Virus record (IMG/VR): IMGVR_UViG_3300046318_000171
Span: 27,239 to 91,238 of that record
Length of the DNA: 64,000 nt
Source of the DNA: a virus
Reading direction: 5' to 3' (one strand)
Positions within the stretch are counted from its first letter, which is position 1, and each line of letters opens with the position of its first letter. This document shows positions 17,534 through 26,173 of this stretch, one piece after another. The position numbers and the translations under genes are program-made. The notes beneath the pieces are model-generated. The model saw only the letters and a list, made by a program, of their open reading frames with translations, had not been told where the DNA came from and made no database searches.

Positions 17534-19332
17534 TACTCCCCAATCTTAGGCAGTGATGGGACGACTGTGCGGTCACGCATAGTTTCCTTTGCCATTGCCA
17601 TGGCTTGAGCAGTACCGCTTGCTCGGAGTACCTTGCGCAAATCTTTAGGAACCTGTCCTTGCCCCTCTACACCGGTGCCTGTTCCAGCAACAATGTGGTC
17701 GTGGGCTTCTTTGATTAGTGCGGTCATACCACCTGGGGTAATTCGCTCAATCATTCTAGGGCCAGATTTTTCTGGTTTTGCGGTAGATTTACGTGGCTTC
17801 TTAGCTTCAGCTGCTTCTTTAGCCAACTGGTCTTTGATAGACAACGACGGCCCCATTTCGCCAACCGGACGGTCAGGTCCTCCGGCACGAGTAGTTACTC
17901 CACCGGTGGTTTCTACTGGGACACCTACAGCGGCACGGCCAGCGTAAACTGCTCGCTGACCCTTACGAGTCTGGTTAAGGAATCCTTGAAGTTTAGGAAT
18001 GTCTGGGTGGTTAGACGAAACGGCTTTCAACTGAGTTAGCAGCTTGTTGCTGATAGGCTCCTGACGAAGTTTACCTGCAGTTTCTGAGTTTACAACTTTA
18101 CCGTTCTTAACAATAGGCTGTTCACGGTCTGTAGAAATAAACATGTGACCTGGCTTTGACAAAGCATCTTCTGGATTAAGAAGGTTGTTGTCCTTGTCGT
18201 ACCTAGCCAATAGCGGGTCGATGTCCTGGAGTGCCTGAACGTTTGTCTTGTTCTTCGGAACCTGTAGACCCTTAGTTTTTTTCTCTCCAGTAGGAGTGGT
18301 GGTCTCCTTGTAACGGACTGCGTTTGCTACATCGCTCATTTCGCTGTCTGAGACTGGGCTCTGCAAACCGTGCTTGCTAAGCAACGAACGGTTAAGGATT
18401 CCGTTAGCGGTCTTTAGGTGCTTAACTGCTTTAACGATGAAGGCGTGGTTGTCCGCCTGGTTTTTAAACTTAAACTTACCATCGCTACCCTTCAATCCAC
18501 TAAGAATAGACTGCGCCTCGACCAGGTTGTTATCTACTCCAAGCTTCTCACGAAGAACGTGTGCGCTTGCTTGCGTGCGAAGTTCTCCTGCGCTATCACG
18601 AGCAGTGTTTATCATGCTTCTGACTGAGCCAGCAGCCTTACCTTTTAGGGAATAGCCTTGGCTTATAGTGTCTGCAACGTTGGCACGACGGTCGTACTCT
18701 GACGCTTTTGAGTTTAGCTTTGAATCCAATCCGTCATAGTGCGCACGGATTCGGTCATGGATGTCCATGGCGACTTTCCATGCCTTGTCTGCTGCGCCTG
18801 CACCACTAAAAGTTTGGCGCTTAAATGATGGGCCAGACTTAACTGGAGTAGGAACAAACCCTTTGTTGTGCTCACACTTATCGGTGCTGCAACGGCCACG
18901 CAAGATGTGGTCAGTGATATGCTTAACAGCGTCTTCGGTAACACGAGACTTATAGATGTTGTCTTCAGTGTCAATCTTGTCTTCAAGAGAGCTGCCTTCT
19001 GCCTGCTTTTCTGCAGGAGTTCGGTAGTCTGGGCGGGTCCTGACACCGTCTAGGTCTATCTCAGATAGGTCAGTGTTCTGGGCTGTAGGTGCGGCCATGT
19101 CAGCAGTAGACAAGGTGCGGCCCGAGTCATACTCGTCAAATCCTTTGCCGCCAACTTTAATCTTGTCAGCGTCGGCCTCGCTCATAGCGTGGGCAGAGTC
19201 GGCCCTCTTACGGCCCTCTTCGGCCTTAGCTGCAGCAGTCGTCTCTGCAGTGTCGAGAATTGCCTCGCCACCTAAGACCTTTTGTGCTTCGCTTGCGCTT
19301 TTAAAGAGTTCGCTGCGACTTACTGAACGCAT
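17533..19332 (-). CDS. Large hydrophilic protein, possibly an internal virion protein
   Basis: 599-aa ORF, no recognised domain. Confidence 0.75.
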   Translation of the reverse strand: MRSVSRSELFKSASEAQKVLGGEAILDTAETTAAAKAEEGRKRADSAHAMSEADADKIKVGGKGFDEYDSGRTLSTADMAAPTAQNTDLSEIDLDGVRTRPDYRTPAEKQAEGSSLEDKIDTEDNIYKSRVTEDAVKHITDHILRGRCSTDKCEHNKGFVPTPVKSGPSFKRQTFSGAGAADKAWKVAMDIHDRIRAHYDGLDSKLNSKASEYDRRANVADTISQGYSLKGKAAGSVRSMINTARDSAGELRTQASAHVLREKLGVDNNLVEAQSILSGLKGSDGKFKFKNQADNHAFIVKAVKHLKTANGILNRSLLSKHGLQSPVSDSEMSDVANAVRYKETTTPTGEKKTKGLQVPKNKTNVQALQDIDPLLARYDKDNNLLNPEDALSKPGHMFISTDREQPIVKNGKVVNSETAGKLRQEPISNKLLTQLKAVSSNHPDIPKLQGFLNQTRKGQRAVYAGRAAVGVPVETTGGVTTRAGGPDRPVGEMGPSLSIKDQLAKEAAEAKKPRKSTAKPEKSGPRMIERITPGGMTALIKEAHDHIVAGTGTGVEGQGQVPKDLRKVLRASGTAQAMAMAKETMRDRTVVPSLPKIGE

Positions 19333-19694
19333 TAGATACCTTCCAAACCATTTCTTGTACTACCAGAATACCCTCCAGGACCGCCAGAAAACCACGAAAC
19401 TCGTGGCTCTACGTAAATACGGTCAATGGATACAACATCATCAATACCAATTTGAGGACGTTCACCCCACCCAAATCGTGGTGGGAAAAGTTGAATTTGA
19501 GGCAAGTTAGGGCGGACTTCTTCTTGAAGTACAGTTCCACGCATAGTGGCAACCATCAACGCTTGCTGAGTTAGGCGCTCTTCGTTAGATGACCAAGGGC
19601 CGTTATAGCTTGACTTAGGGCGTCCTTGCTGGTCCGTGAGGTTGTTACGCCACGGTTTTGTTCTATCGTAATTACCGTCGAATTCTCCAGCCAT
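19332..19694 (-). CDS. Hypothetical protein
   Basis: Coupled ORF. Confidence 0.75.
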   Translation of the reverse strand: MAGEFDGNYDRTKPWRNNLTDQQGRPKSSYNGPWSSNEERLTQQALMVATMRGTVLQEEVRPNLPQIQLFPPRFGWGERPQIGIDDVVSIDRIYVEPRVSWFSGGPGGYSGSTRNGLEGI

Positions 19695-19695
19695 G

Positions 19696-20229
19696 CTATG
19701 ACCACGCTGGCTTCAAGTATGCTAGTTGGTTAGCACGACGAACATCCATGGCCATGTCTTGGTCTGAACGCATGTTTGACTTGCCGTCATTAACTAGGTG
19801 AGGTGCAGGGATAAGGCGTAGGTCTTGGCCAGCCTTTGGAACCATCCAGACCAATGCGCCATTGACGTCAACCTGCTTGGCTTTCATCTGACGCTTGATG
19901 CCCATCTCTGCGTTAAACTCTGGGCTCCAGTAGTACGCAGATGGCTCAATACGCTCACCCTTGTGCACACCACGCTGGTATGACTTCTGACCTACACGGC
20001 TCTTGATTGAGTCGAGTAGGCGGTCATCACGACGTGAGCGGATAGTGCCGAGGTAGCCGTCAGGGTATTCTGCAGAAGGGACACGGCCAGTACCAATACG
20101 GATAGCGTCAAGCTCACCACGAGCGACAGGGGTTCCCTGGCCGCCTTGGTTGTTATAGCCGTTTAGCCCACCAGCACCTAGCGACTGCCAGTTCTGCTGT
20201 GGGCTAAAGTTATTGACCGCACCTGCCAT
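19696..20229 (-). CDS. Hypothetical protein (EYPDGYLGT..SRR.DRL motif)
   Basis: Coupled ORF. Confidence 0.75.
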   Translation of the reverse strand: MAGAVNNFSPQQNWQSLGAGGLNGYNNQGGQGTPVARGELDAIRIGTGRVPSAEYPDGYLGTIRSRRDDRLLDSIKSRVGQKSYQRGVHKGERIEPSAYYWSPEFNAEMGIKRQMKAKQVDVNGALVWMVPKAGQDLRLIPAPHLVNDGKSNMRSDQDMAMDVRRANQLAYLKPAWS

Positions 20230-20486
20230 TAAGGAATACCTGCTGGGTTAGATAGGGCGTCTTGACCTCGTGCACCGAATACACCTGTAGAGGTGTCTGC
20301 GCTGTAAGACTGTGGCTTGTTCGGGGCTAGTTGGTGTGTTTCAAACACGAACTGGTTACTCGAACGCTTGTTCTTGCTGTAACTAGCCCCAGGGATTTGG
20401 AACTGAACAGAGTTGTTCGGGTTACCCACGTCCATCTGCGAAGCAACGTGCGGCGAAGGAACTCCGTAAGGAGCAGTTCCCATCAT
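20229..20486 (-). CDS. Hypothetical protein (start revised to 20486)
   Basis: SD AAGGAG. Confidence 0.7.
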   Translation of the reverse strand: MMGTAPYGVPSPHVASQMDVGNPNNSVQFQIPGASYSKNKRSSNQFVFETHQLAPNKPQSYSADTSTGVFGARGQDALSNPAGIP

Positions 20487-20496
20487 GTGGCTCTCC

Positions 20497-20922
20497 TTAG
20501 AGGTAAGAAGCCTCGTTGCCGCTTTCGAAGTTAGGAACAGCACGGCCTGCAACTGAAGGGATAATGCGAGCATTAGCCATAGTTGGGCCAGCAGCTGGGT
20601 CTAGCTGAACGAAAGTGGTCTTAGGCTGAACCATGTAAGTTGCGCCAAGCACTTCGATGTTCTGGCGGTTCTGCTTGCTACCAGGGTTGGTAGGGTCTGC
20701 TGCCTGAACGTTCTTCTTAGGAACTAGAGTTCCCTGTAGTGCTGGGGCTGGAGCTGCTGCACCAATTGGTACACGAACGCTACCTGCTGCCGCTGCGTCT
20801 GAGTGAGCCTCGTCTGAGGTCTTGTGCATACGAGCCATTGATTTACCTGCCGCTTCTAGTGGGTTTGAGGGAATGCCTGAACGACGGCGCATGCCGTGTC
20901 CAACACTGTACTGAGTTGCCAT
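20497..20922 (-). CDS. Ala/Pro-rich hypothetical protein
   Basis: SD AAGGAG. Confidence 0.75.
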   Translation of the reverse strand: MATQYSVGHGMRRRSGIPSNPLEAAGKSMARMHKTSDEAHSDAAAAGSVRVPIGAAAPAPALQGTLVPKKNVQAADPTNPGSKQNRQNIEVLGATYMVQPKTTFVQLDPAAGPTMANARIIPSVAGRAVPNFESGNEASYL

Positions 20923-20942
20923 GAGGGCTCCTTTGTTCTCTA

Positions 20943-20950
20943 TAAGGATA
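20943..20950 (-). promoter_or_regulatory. Candidate -10 element TATCCTTA (also at 53789..53796)
   Basis: Same octamer upstream of two putative late gene blocks. Confidence 0.35.
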
Positions 20951-20958
20951 GAGCTTTT

Positions 20959-21255
20959 TTAGCTTACAGAAATGACAAACACAATTGCGCTGATGTCTCC
21001 ATCACGGCTTTCAATTGTGGTGAAACCAGGCTTCATGGTTAGGTCTAGACCACGAGGGGCTACATAGCCTCGTGCGATGGCGGCGGCCTTCACTGCTTGG
21101 TTTACTGCACCTGCACCTACGGCACGAAGCTTAACTTCACGCTTGTCGTAGATTGCGTGTGCAATTGCTGATGCTACTGATTGTGGATTTGAGCCTGCCG
21201 ATACACGGAGAAAGTCTTCCTCGGTGTTAGGTAGGATGGTCGGTTCTTCGGTCAC
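20959..21255 (-). CDS. spoVS: Stage V sporulation protein S (SpoVS) homolog
   Basis: LRVSAGSNPQSVASAIA...AVGAGAVNQAVKA.AIARGYVAP.GLDL. Confidence 0.92.
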   Translation of the reverse strand: MTEEPTILPNTEEDFLRVSAGSNPQSVASAIAHAIYDKREVKLRAVGAGAVNQAVKAAAIARGYVAPRGLDLTMKPGFTTIESRDGDISAIVFVISVS

Positions 21256-21317
21256 GATTGGTGTTCCTTTAGTTGTCGAATTCGTGTGCCATCCTCAACA
21301 ACAAGAATAGGGGAAAT

Positions 21318-21905
21318 TTAAGCTATTTGGTCCCTATACTTAGGGTCTTTTATTTGCTCTACAATCGCTTCTTCTATGGCTCCCAGGGAGTTACCGGATG
21401 CCAATCTGGCTAGGGCGTAGGAGTCTGCGGCGTTGTCGTCGTTGAACTCGATGCCCCAACGCTTGTAAATCTGCATCAACATTTCCTGCTTCTTAGCCGT
21501 ACCCTTGCCTGCAGCGTACTTCTTCAGGGTCATCGGGGGGATTTGGAGCGGAGTCCTGAGATGGTCTTGGTGGTCATAATCTCTAAAGTACAGCCACAAG
21601 GTCAGCTTGACGGTGGCGGCTAGTTCCCCTAGGACTAGGGCAGACTGGCTGGCTAGTACCGTACCCTCCATGGCTACGTCTTGGATGTAGTCGTCTTCTA
21701 CGGTACGCAACTTAGAGGTGAGCCATTTGCTGATGTCGTCCAGTCTTTGGACGCCTCGGTAGTCAGACTTGTACACCCAGGTGTTGAATTGGTCTGGAGC
21801 ATCCACGTTTAGGATGGTTAGAGCAAAACCAGTGAGCGACTGGTCTATACCTATCGCCACTGGTCCAGGTCTGAGGTTACCCCCGAATACCTTTTCTTTA
21901 CTCAT
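21318..21905 (-). CDS. ruvC: RuvC-like Holliday junction resolvase
   Basis: IGIDQSLTGF, VAMEG, LKKYAAGKG.A.K, DN.ADS. Confidence 0.85.
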   Translation of the reverse strand: MSKEKVFGGNLRPGPVAIGIDQSLTGFALTILNVDAPDQFNTWVYKSDYRGVQRLDDISKWLTSKLRTVEDDYIQDVAMEGTVLASQSALVLGELAATVKLTLWLYFRDYDHQDHLRTPLQIPPMTLKKYAAGKGTAKKQEMLMQIYKRWGIEFNDDNAADSYALARLASGNSLGAIEEAIVEQIKDPKYRDQIA

Positions 21906-22032
21906 AGTAGGTGTCTTCGTCTTCTTCTACCCAAGCAAAATACTTGTATGAGGCACACTCGTCGCAGTAATCTGCCCCGTTGTCGTGACCTTCAGTTCGG
22001 TAGCAACCTGTGCACATGTACTTTTCAGACAT
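21898..22032 (-). CDS. 44-aa CxxC protein not in the track
   Basis: CTGC..CDEC; fills the gap. Confidence 0.55.
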   Translation of the reverse strand: MSEKYMCTGCYRTEGHDNGADYCDECASYKYFAWVEEDEDTYYE

Positions 22033-22033
22033 T

Positions 22034-22351
22034 TTATTTCCACTCTTTAGGGGTGTCGTTGCAGGTATAGCAACGGTATAGAGAGGTCAGACCTACTTTC
22101 ATGTAGGTTTCTTGACCACAGTTTGGGCACTCTTCAATATACTTGGAAAGGTAGTCCTGGTAGTGCGTGTATGTTGCTGCGGCCTGTTTCAATAGTTCTT
22201 TACGCTGAGCGTAGTACTTCTTCCAGTTAGGAATCGGTATACGAATGTTAATGCTATTTGGCCACTTACGGCTATCTTTTCCGTTATATGTTTGGAAAAG
22301 GTGAACCCACGATAGAAGGTAGTAACGCACTGCGTTTAGCCATATCTTCAC
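22034..22351 (-). CDS. Hypothetical protein with C-terminal zinc ribbon
   Basis: CPNC..CYTC. Confidence 0.65.
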   Translation of the reverse strand: MKIWLNAVRYYLLSWVHLFQTYNGKDSRKWPNSINIRIPIPNWKKYYAQRKELLKQAAATYTHYQDYLSKYIEECPNCGQETYMKVGLTSLYRCYTCNDTPKEWK

Positions 22352-22611
22352 TTGTTTTCTCCCTTGATAGCAGCGATAGCCATAGTAAGCAAACGGCGTG
22401 TTTCTGCGTTCTCGGCTGTATCGAATAGCGGTTCAAGCAGTTCGATAATGCGTTCACGCTCAATTTGAAACAAAACCTCAGCCTCTTGATTGAAGTTGCA
22501 GTTACCCTCGCCAATTATGTTCAGCCGAAAACCTTTTAGGCTGTCATACCACAAATAGAAACTGTCATCATCCCGAGGCATGATGCGGTTGTATTTCATC
22601 AAGTCGCTCAC
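22348..22611 (-). CDS. ERERII..L / IKGENK family protein
   Basis: ERERIIELLE...AIAAIKGENK. Confidence 0.75.
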   Translation of the reverse strand: MSDLMKYNRIMPRDDDSFYLWYDSLKGFRLNIIGEGNCNFNQEAEVLFQIERERIIELLEPLFDTAENAETRRLLTMAIAAIKGENK

Positions 22612-22634
22612 TTGTTTTCTCCCTTGATAGCAGC
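22348..22634. repeat. 27-bp direct repeat TCACTTGTTTTCTCCCTTGATAGCAGC at 22348..22374 and 22608..22634; partial copy at 22808..22826
   Basis: Read directly from the sequence. Confidence 0.9.
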
Positions 22635-22811
22635 AATCAGTTTCTCTACGTAGTAATGCTCACGAGTGCAGAGTTCGCTATGAGTCATACTCCTGTGCTC
22701 TAGGTCTTTGGCTAATTTGATAATTTCCATCTCACGCTCAGTCCTGCCAAACTCGTAAGCGAACTCAGGGTCTAGCATGTTATCGTCTAGGTCATCGTAA
22801 AAAGTTCTCAC
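22608..22811 (-). CDS. ERERII..L / IKGENK family protein
   Basis: EREMEIIKL...LIAAIKGENK. Confidence 0.75.
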   Translation of the reverse strand: MRTFYDDLDDNMLDPEFAYEFGRTEREMEIIKLAKDLEHRSMTHSELCTREHYYVEKLIAAIKGENK

Positions 22812-23158
22812 TTGTTCTCTCCCTTGTCCATAAAGTTAGTCTGTCCATCAATCGTGGACACGCTAGGTTCTTGGACACTCTTTCCCTTGATAAGAGCGAT
22901 GTGAGAGTTTAGCGTTACAATCATTTCTTCCCAATGGATAGCAGTTGGCACAGCACCCCTGCTTTCAGCAGAACCCATTAGTTCTTTATAAACTAACTTT
23001 CGGTCTTCTAGCAGTTTGATAATGCGTTCACGTTCTAGTGACTCTCCCAAGCAGACAGGGCATACGTCCTCGTCAACACTAGTAAAGTCCCAACCATGTA
23101 CGTCACATACATAGTAGGTAGAGAACTCAGACACTACCTCACGCTTACGGTCACTCAA
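22808..23158 (-). CDS. ERERII..L / KGENK family protein with N-terminal Cys/His motif
   Basis: CDVH..CPVC; ERERIIKLLE; IALIKG; KGENK. Confidence 0.75.
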   Translation of the reverse strand: MSDRKREVVSEFSTYYVCDVHGWDFTSVDEDVCPVCLGESLERERIIKLLEDRKLVYKELMGSAESRGAVPTAIHWEEMIVTLNSHIALIKGKSVQEPSVSTIDGQTNFMDKGENK

Positions 23159-23307
23159 TTAAAACTACTCCCTTTGTGTTTTGGCATGTTATCAGTCTTA
23201 CACTTAGGGCAAGTTAATAGAACTGCCCCAGTAATGGGACAAGTGCCCCCTACGACAGGCTTATGCCCACGTAGGAAGCACCATGCTCCTTTTAGCCAGT
23301 TACTCAC
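23155..23307 (-). CDS. 50-aa Cys-rich protein not in the track
   Basis: C..GH..CP..CPKC; coupled. Confidence 0.55.
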   Translation of the reverse strand: MSNWLKGAWCFLRGHKPVVGGTCPITGAVLLTCPKCKTDNMPKHKGSSFN

Positions 23308-23677
23308 TAGGCCATTCACCGTCAAGAACCATCATAGCGATGATTGCGTAGTTAGCTAGGTCCAAGAATGAGTCCTTGAGACTTTCGTTCTCTGGTTTTG
23401 CACCTGAGTCTACTAGATTATTGATGCGGGCCATCTTGTCCCACATGCGCACACGCAACCCGTTGATAGGTCCGCCTGGGGCTAAGGCAATGTTCTTAGG
23501 TCCGTAATCCTTGTGCTTCTGTAGCAACACGGCCTTAGCGTGCTGAAACTTCTGCTGCACAGCCTCATTAAAAGCAGAATCGCTACCCTGTCTAATTAGC
23601 CCCAAAATCTCTTCGGGAAGGATGCTGATGTCCCCAATTAAACCCATCTCGCTGTCTCCAACTATGTGCTTTGCCAT
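23300..23677 (-). CDS. Nucleotide-modification-associated domain (DUF1599-like, all-alpha NTP pyrophosphatase-like)
   Basis: K..DYG..N...G..VR..DK..R..NL...ES..DS..DLANYA. Confidence 0.75.
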   Translation of the reverse strand: MAKHIVGDSEMGLIGDISILPEEILGLIRQGSDSAFNEAVQQKFQHAKAVLLQKHKDYGPKNIALAPGGPINGLRVRMWDKMARINNLVDSGAKPENESLKDSFLDLANYAIIAMMVLDGEWPSE

Positions 23678-23678
23678 G

Positions 23679-23855
23679 TTATACCTCACTCTTGATACGG
23701 ATGATGTCGACAATTTCGGCACCAAGGTCGCTAGACCATTTGTAAAACAATTCTGGCAGTCTGCGCTCTAGAACATCAGCGATTAGCTCCGCTGCCTTCT
23801 TTTCGCCTTCGGCCATTCCCTCTTCAAATCCTAGGGCGTAATCAAACTTACTCAC
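23679..23855 (-). CDS. 58-aa protein not in the track
   Basis: TAGTG coupling. Confidence 0.55.
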   Translation of the reverse strand: MSKFDYALGFEEGMAEGEKKAAELIADVLERRLPELFYKWSSDLGAEIVDIIRIKSEV

Positions 23856-24313
23856 TAAATGTATTCCTTCCGCAATGCTTTCGAGTCATTTGAGCGGCGG
23901 GTAATCTCACGGCTAACGAGAGACAAATCACGCTCATGGTTAGTCAGTAGCATCTCTACCAACTTACGATAAGCGTACTTTTCCTCGTAGTCCCTGTCAA
24001 GGTCCACGATGTCCTGGCTAACAGCAATCTCTGCCTTGACCGTGGTGACACGTTCGCCCTTTACTCCGGCACCCATGCGCTTGATAAGCATGGTGTTCTC
24101 AGCAAAGTCCTTCTTCTTAAGAAGGGCACGCTCTTCAAGCTGAGCCATGACCAACTGAGAGTTGATGTAATCAGTCCAAGCAGTCAGACGAGTAAACAAC
24201 TCGCCCAACTCCTCAGACGGAATAGCAGTAATGTCTGCTGGGAGGGTAACCTGTTCGTCGCTTGGTTTGACGAAGTGGATACCCCAACCAGCAAATTTTT
24301 CTAGTGCAGACAT
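23855..24313 (-). CDS. Coiled-coil protein, possibly a UvsY-like recombination mediator
   Basis: Helical, ends LVSREITRR; lies in the RecA/exonuclease module. Confidence 0.5.
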   Translation of the reverse strand: MSALEKFAGWGIHFVKPSDEQVTLPADITAIPSEELGELFTRLTAWTDYINSQLVMAQLEERALLKKKDFAENTMLIKRMGAGVKGERVTTVKAEIAVSQDIVDLDRDYEEKYAYRKLVEMLLTNHERDLSLVSREITRRSNDSKALRKEYI

Positions 24314-24413
24314 TAGTCCTCCTCAGACTTTTTTACGAACAGCAGAACGGCACCCCAAATAAGGGCGACCATGTAACCCACTGTTGCTCCCACAATAAAC
24401 GACCAGAAGTCCA

Positions 24414-25280
24414 TTAGTCCTCCTTGTAAGGGGCACACTGCTTGCAGGTGCCGCCGGGGTTGTTGTTGCAGTCTGGGGCTACTCCTGCCTCAACTGCGTC
24501 TACTACAAACTTAGCCTTATCGAAGATGTGACGAACCAGCTCAAAGTCACGCTTGACTGAGAACTCCTTGTATGACTGGTCAGCCTTCAACTCGTAAAGG
24601 AACACAATCTCGTTGATAGGTTCGTCGTTGTCGTCACGAACACCCATGCGGCCCATCAGCTCAAGGTACATCTGACCCTGAAGGATGTGGCTAGGGAATG
24701 GACGGCGTACGTTGCCCCACGCCTTCATGAAGTCGCCATCGGCGTCCATCATCAAGTTCGGTGCCTCTGCACGGATGGTACCTGGACCGATTGACTTAAT
24801 CTCAATCAGGGTGTCGTTACCCAATCCCTTGACCCAGCCGTCGGTGTGGCCCTTGATGCGAAGAGCGTCGTCGTGCAGGGTAACCTCACGATACTCAAAG
24901 ATGTCTTTGCTGCAGTTAGGGCATAGTACCGGTCCTGTGCCAAAGATAGAGAAGTCGCAGCCCTTGCAAGTAAAGCGACCGTATAGAACGCCCATCTCCT
25001 GGAAGTAACGCTGCCACTTGGCGTGAATGGCGTGGCCTGTGTCGAAAATGTTCTGTAGGCGTAGTGGTGGCTTTTCAGCAATCTTGGTGCGGCCGCTTAG
25101 TAGGAAGTACGACCCACGCTTACAGAAGTCCTTCTTAATGATTTCTGATGGGTGCAAAACCAAAGTGCTACGGTCTCCTACTGGACGTGCCAACAGGTGG
25201 CGCTCAATGTCGCCTAGAAGACGAGCAGGCTTTGCCTTAGCGTCTAAGAACTTTCTTAGTTCAGTCTTTGCTACGGTCAT
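24414..25280 (-). CDS. Cas4-like PD-(D/E)XK exonuclease
   Basis: HPSE..C, G..IH..WQ, GHTDG..IEIKS, Q.Q.Y, C-terminal C..CKQC. Confidence 0.85.
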   Translation of the reverse strand: MTVAKTELRKFLDAKAKPARLLGDIERHLLARPVGDRSTLVLHPSEIIKKDFCKRGSYFLLSGRTKIAEKPPLRLQNIFDTGHAIHAKWQRYFQEMGVLYGRFTCKGCDFSIFGTGPVLCPNCSKDIFEYREVTLHDDALRIKGHTDGWVKGLGNDTLIEIKSIGPGTIRAEAPNLMMDADGDFMKAWGNVRRPFPSHILQGQMYLELMGRMGVRDDNDEPINEIVFLYELKADQSYKEFSVKRDFELVRHIFDKAKFVVDAVEAGVAPDCNNNPGGTCKQCAPYKED

Positions 25281-25651
25281 TTGTTCTCCTTTTTATCTAG
25301 CTGAAAGATGTATTCCTTCAGCGTCATAGTATCTTTATAGTTCTTCCGCCACTTTCGCACAAGGGCGTTACGTTCTCTATGGCTTAGTCCGCCCCAGATG
25401 CCGTTACCAATGTCCTGGCTTACGGCGGTCCATAGGCACTCAGCTCTTACCGGACAAACACTACTTTTGTTTGGTCCAAAGCAATAGGTCTTTGCTTCAT
25501 CAGCAATCTTCTTGTAGAGCTCTTTGTCTCTTGGTGGGAAAAAGATGTTTACATCTACTAGAAAGTTTCCCTCGTCATCAACACTCCAGCAAGCGGCATC
25601 TGTGTACCACTCAAGGTCGCCGTCACGAGGAAGCAGGTTCTGAAGACTCAT
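25277..25651 (-). CDS. whiB: WhiB family transcription factor
   Basis: AAC..FFP..AK.YC...CPVR.ECL..GIWGGLS..ER. Confidence 0.9.
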   Translation of the reverse strand: MSLQNLLPRDGDLEWYTDAACWSVDDEGNFLVDVNIFFPPRDKELYKKIADEAKTYCFGPNKSSVCPVRAECLWTAVSQDIGNGIWGGLSHRERNALVRKWRKNYKDTMTLKEYIFQLDKKENK

Positions 25652-25958
25652 TTAGCTTATTCCACATTTCAAACAGGTCGGTCTCCAGGAGAATCACATA
25701 GTCTTCCCCGTCTAGATGGATTCCGAATATTGGCGTACGACCATCCATGATGGCCTCGTTAATAATCTTCTTCAGCTCGGCAGACTGAATAGTTTTAGAT
25801 TTCTTGCCAGTCCACTTATGCTCAACCAAAAGCTCGTTGTTGCGGACGTCTCCTTTACGAGACCAGAACGCCCCAGAGGCGGCCGTCGTGCTGCCACCAA
25901 TGGCTTTAGCAATACGTTTCTCATGCTTCTGGGACTGTTTCTGGCCTTCGGACTTCAT
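25623..25958 (-). CDS. Hjc-like PD-(D/E)XK resolvase/endonuclease
   Basis: E.RIAK..G..SGA..KGDV....VEHK. Confidence 0.75.
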   Translation of the reverse strand: MKSEGQKQSQKHEKRIAKAIGGSTTAASGAFWSRKGDVRNNELLVEHKWTGKKSKTIQSAELKKIINEAIMDGRTPIFGIHLDGEDYVILLETDLFEMWNKLNESSEPASS

Positions 25959-26173
25959 TAGATGCTTGCGTCAATCACGTGGTTCAAAGCAATGGTCAAA
26001 CCGTAACGAACACCGTCGTCAGTTGCGTACGCAATCGACTGCTGGATGCTGCGGATGACGTCATTGCGGAGTTCTTCCGCACCCTCGTGACGAAGGTCCT
26101 GGTTCTGTGACTCTACATACAAAGCGTAGTCGTTCTCTACCTGGTCCATGTATAGCTCCTTCATTCTACTCAT
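25958..26173 (-). CDS. Hypothetical protein
   Basis: Coupled ORF. Confidence 0.65.
   Translation of the reverse strand: MSRMKELYMDQVENDYALYVESQNQDLRHEGAEELRNDVIRSIQQSIAYATDDGVRYGLTIALNHVIDASI

Noticed and set aside
22348-22826. 27-bp direct repeats as a mini CRISPR array or att sites
   Set aside because: The spacing is 200-260 bp of coding sequence, the repeats are gene 3' ends, and there is no integrase nearby
24414-25280. Cas4-like gene as part of a CRISPR-Cas system
   Set aside because: No array or other cas genes; solo Cas4-like nucleases are common in phage recombination modules
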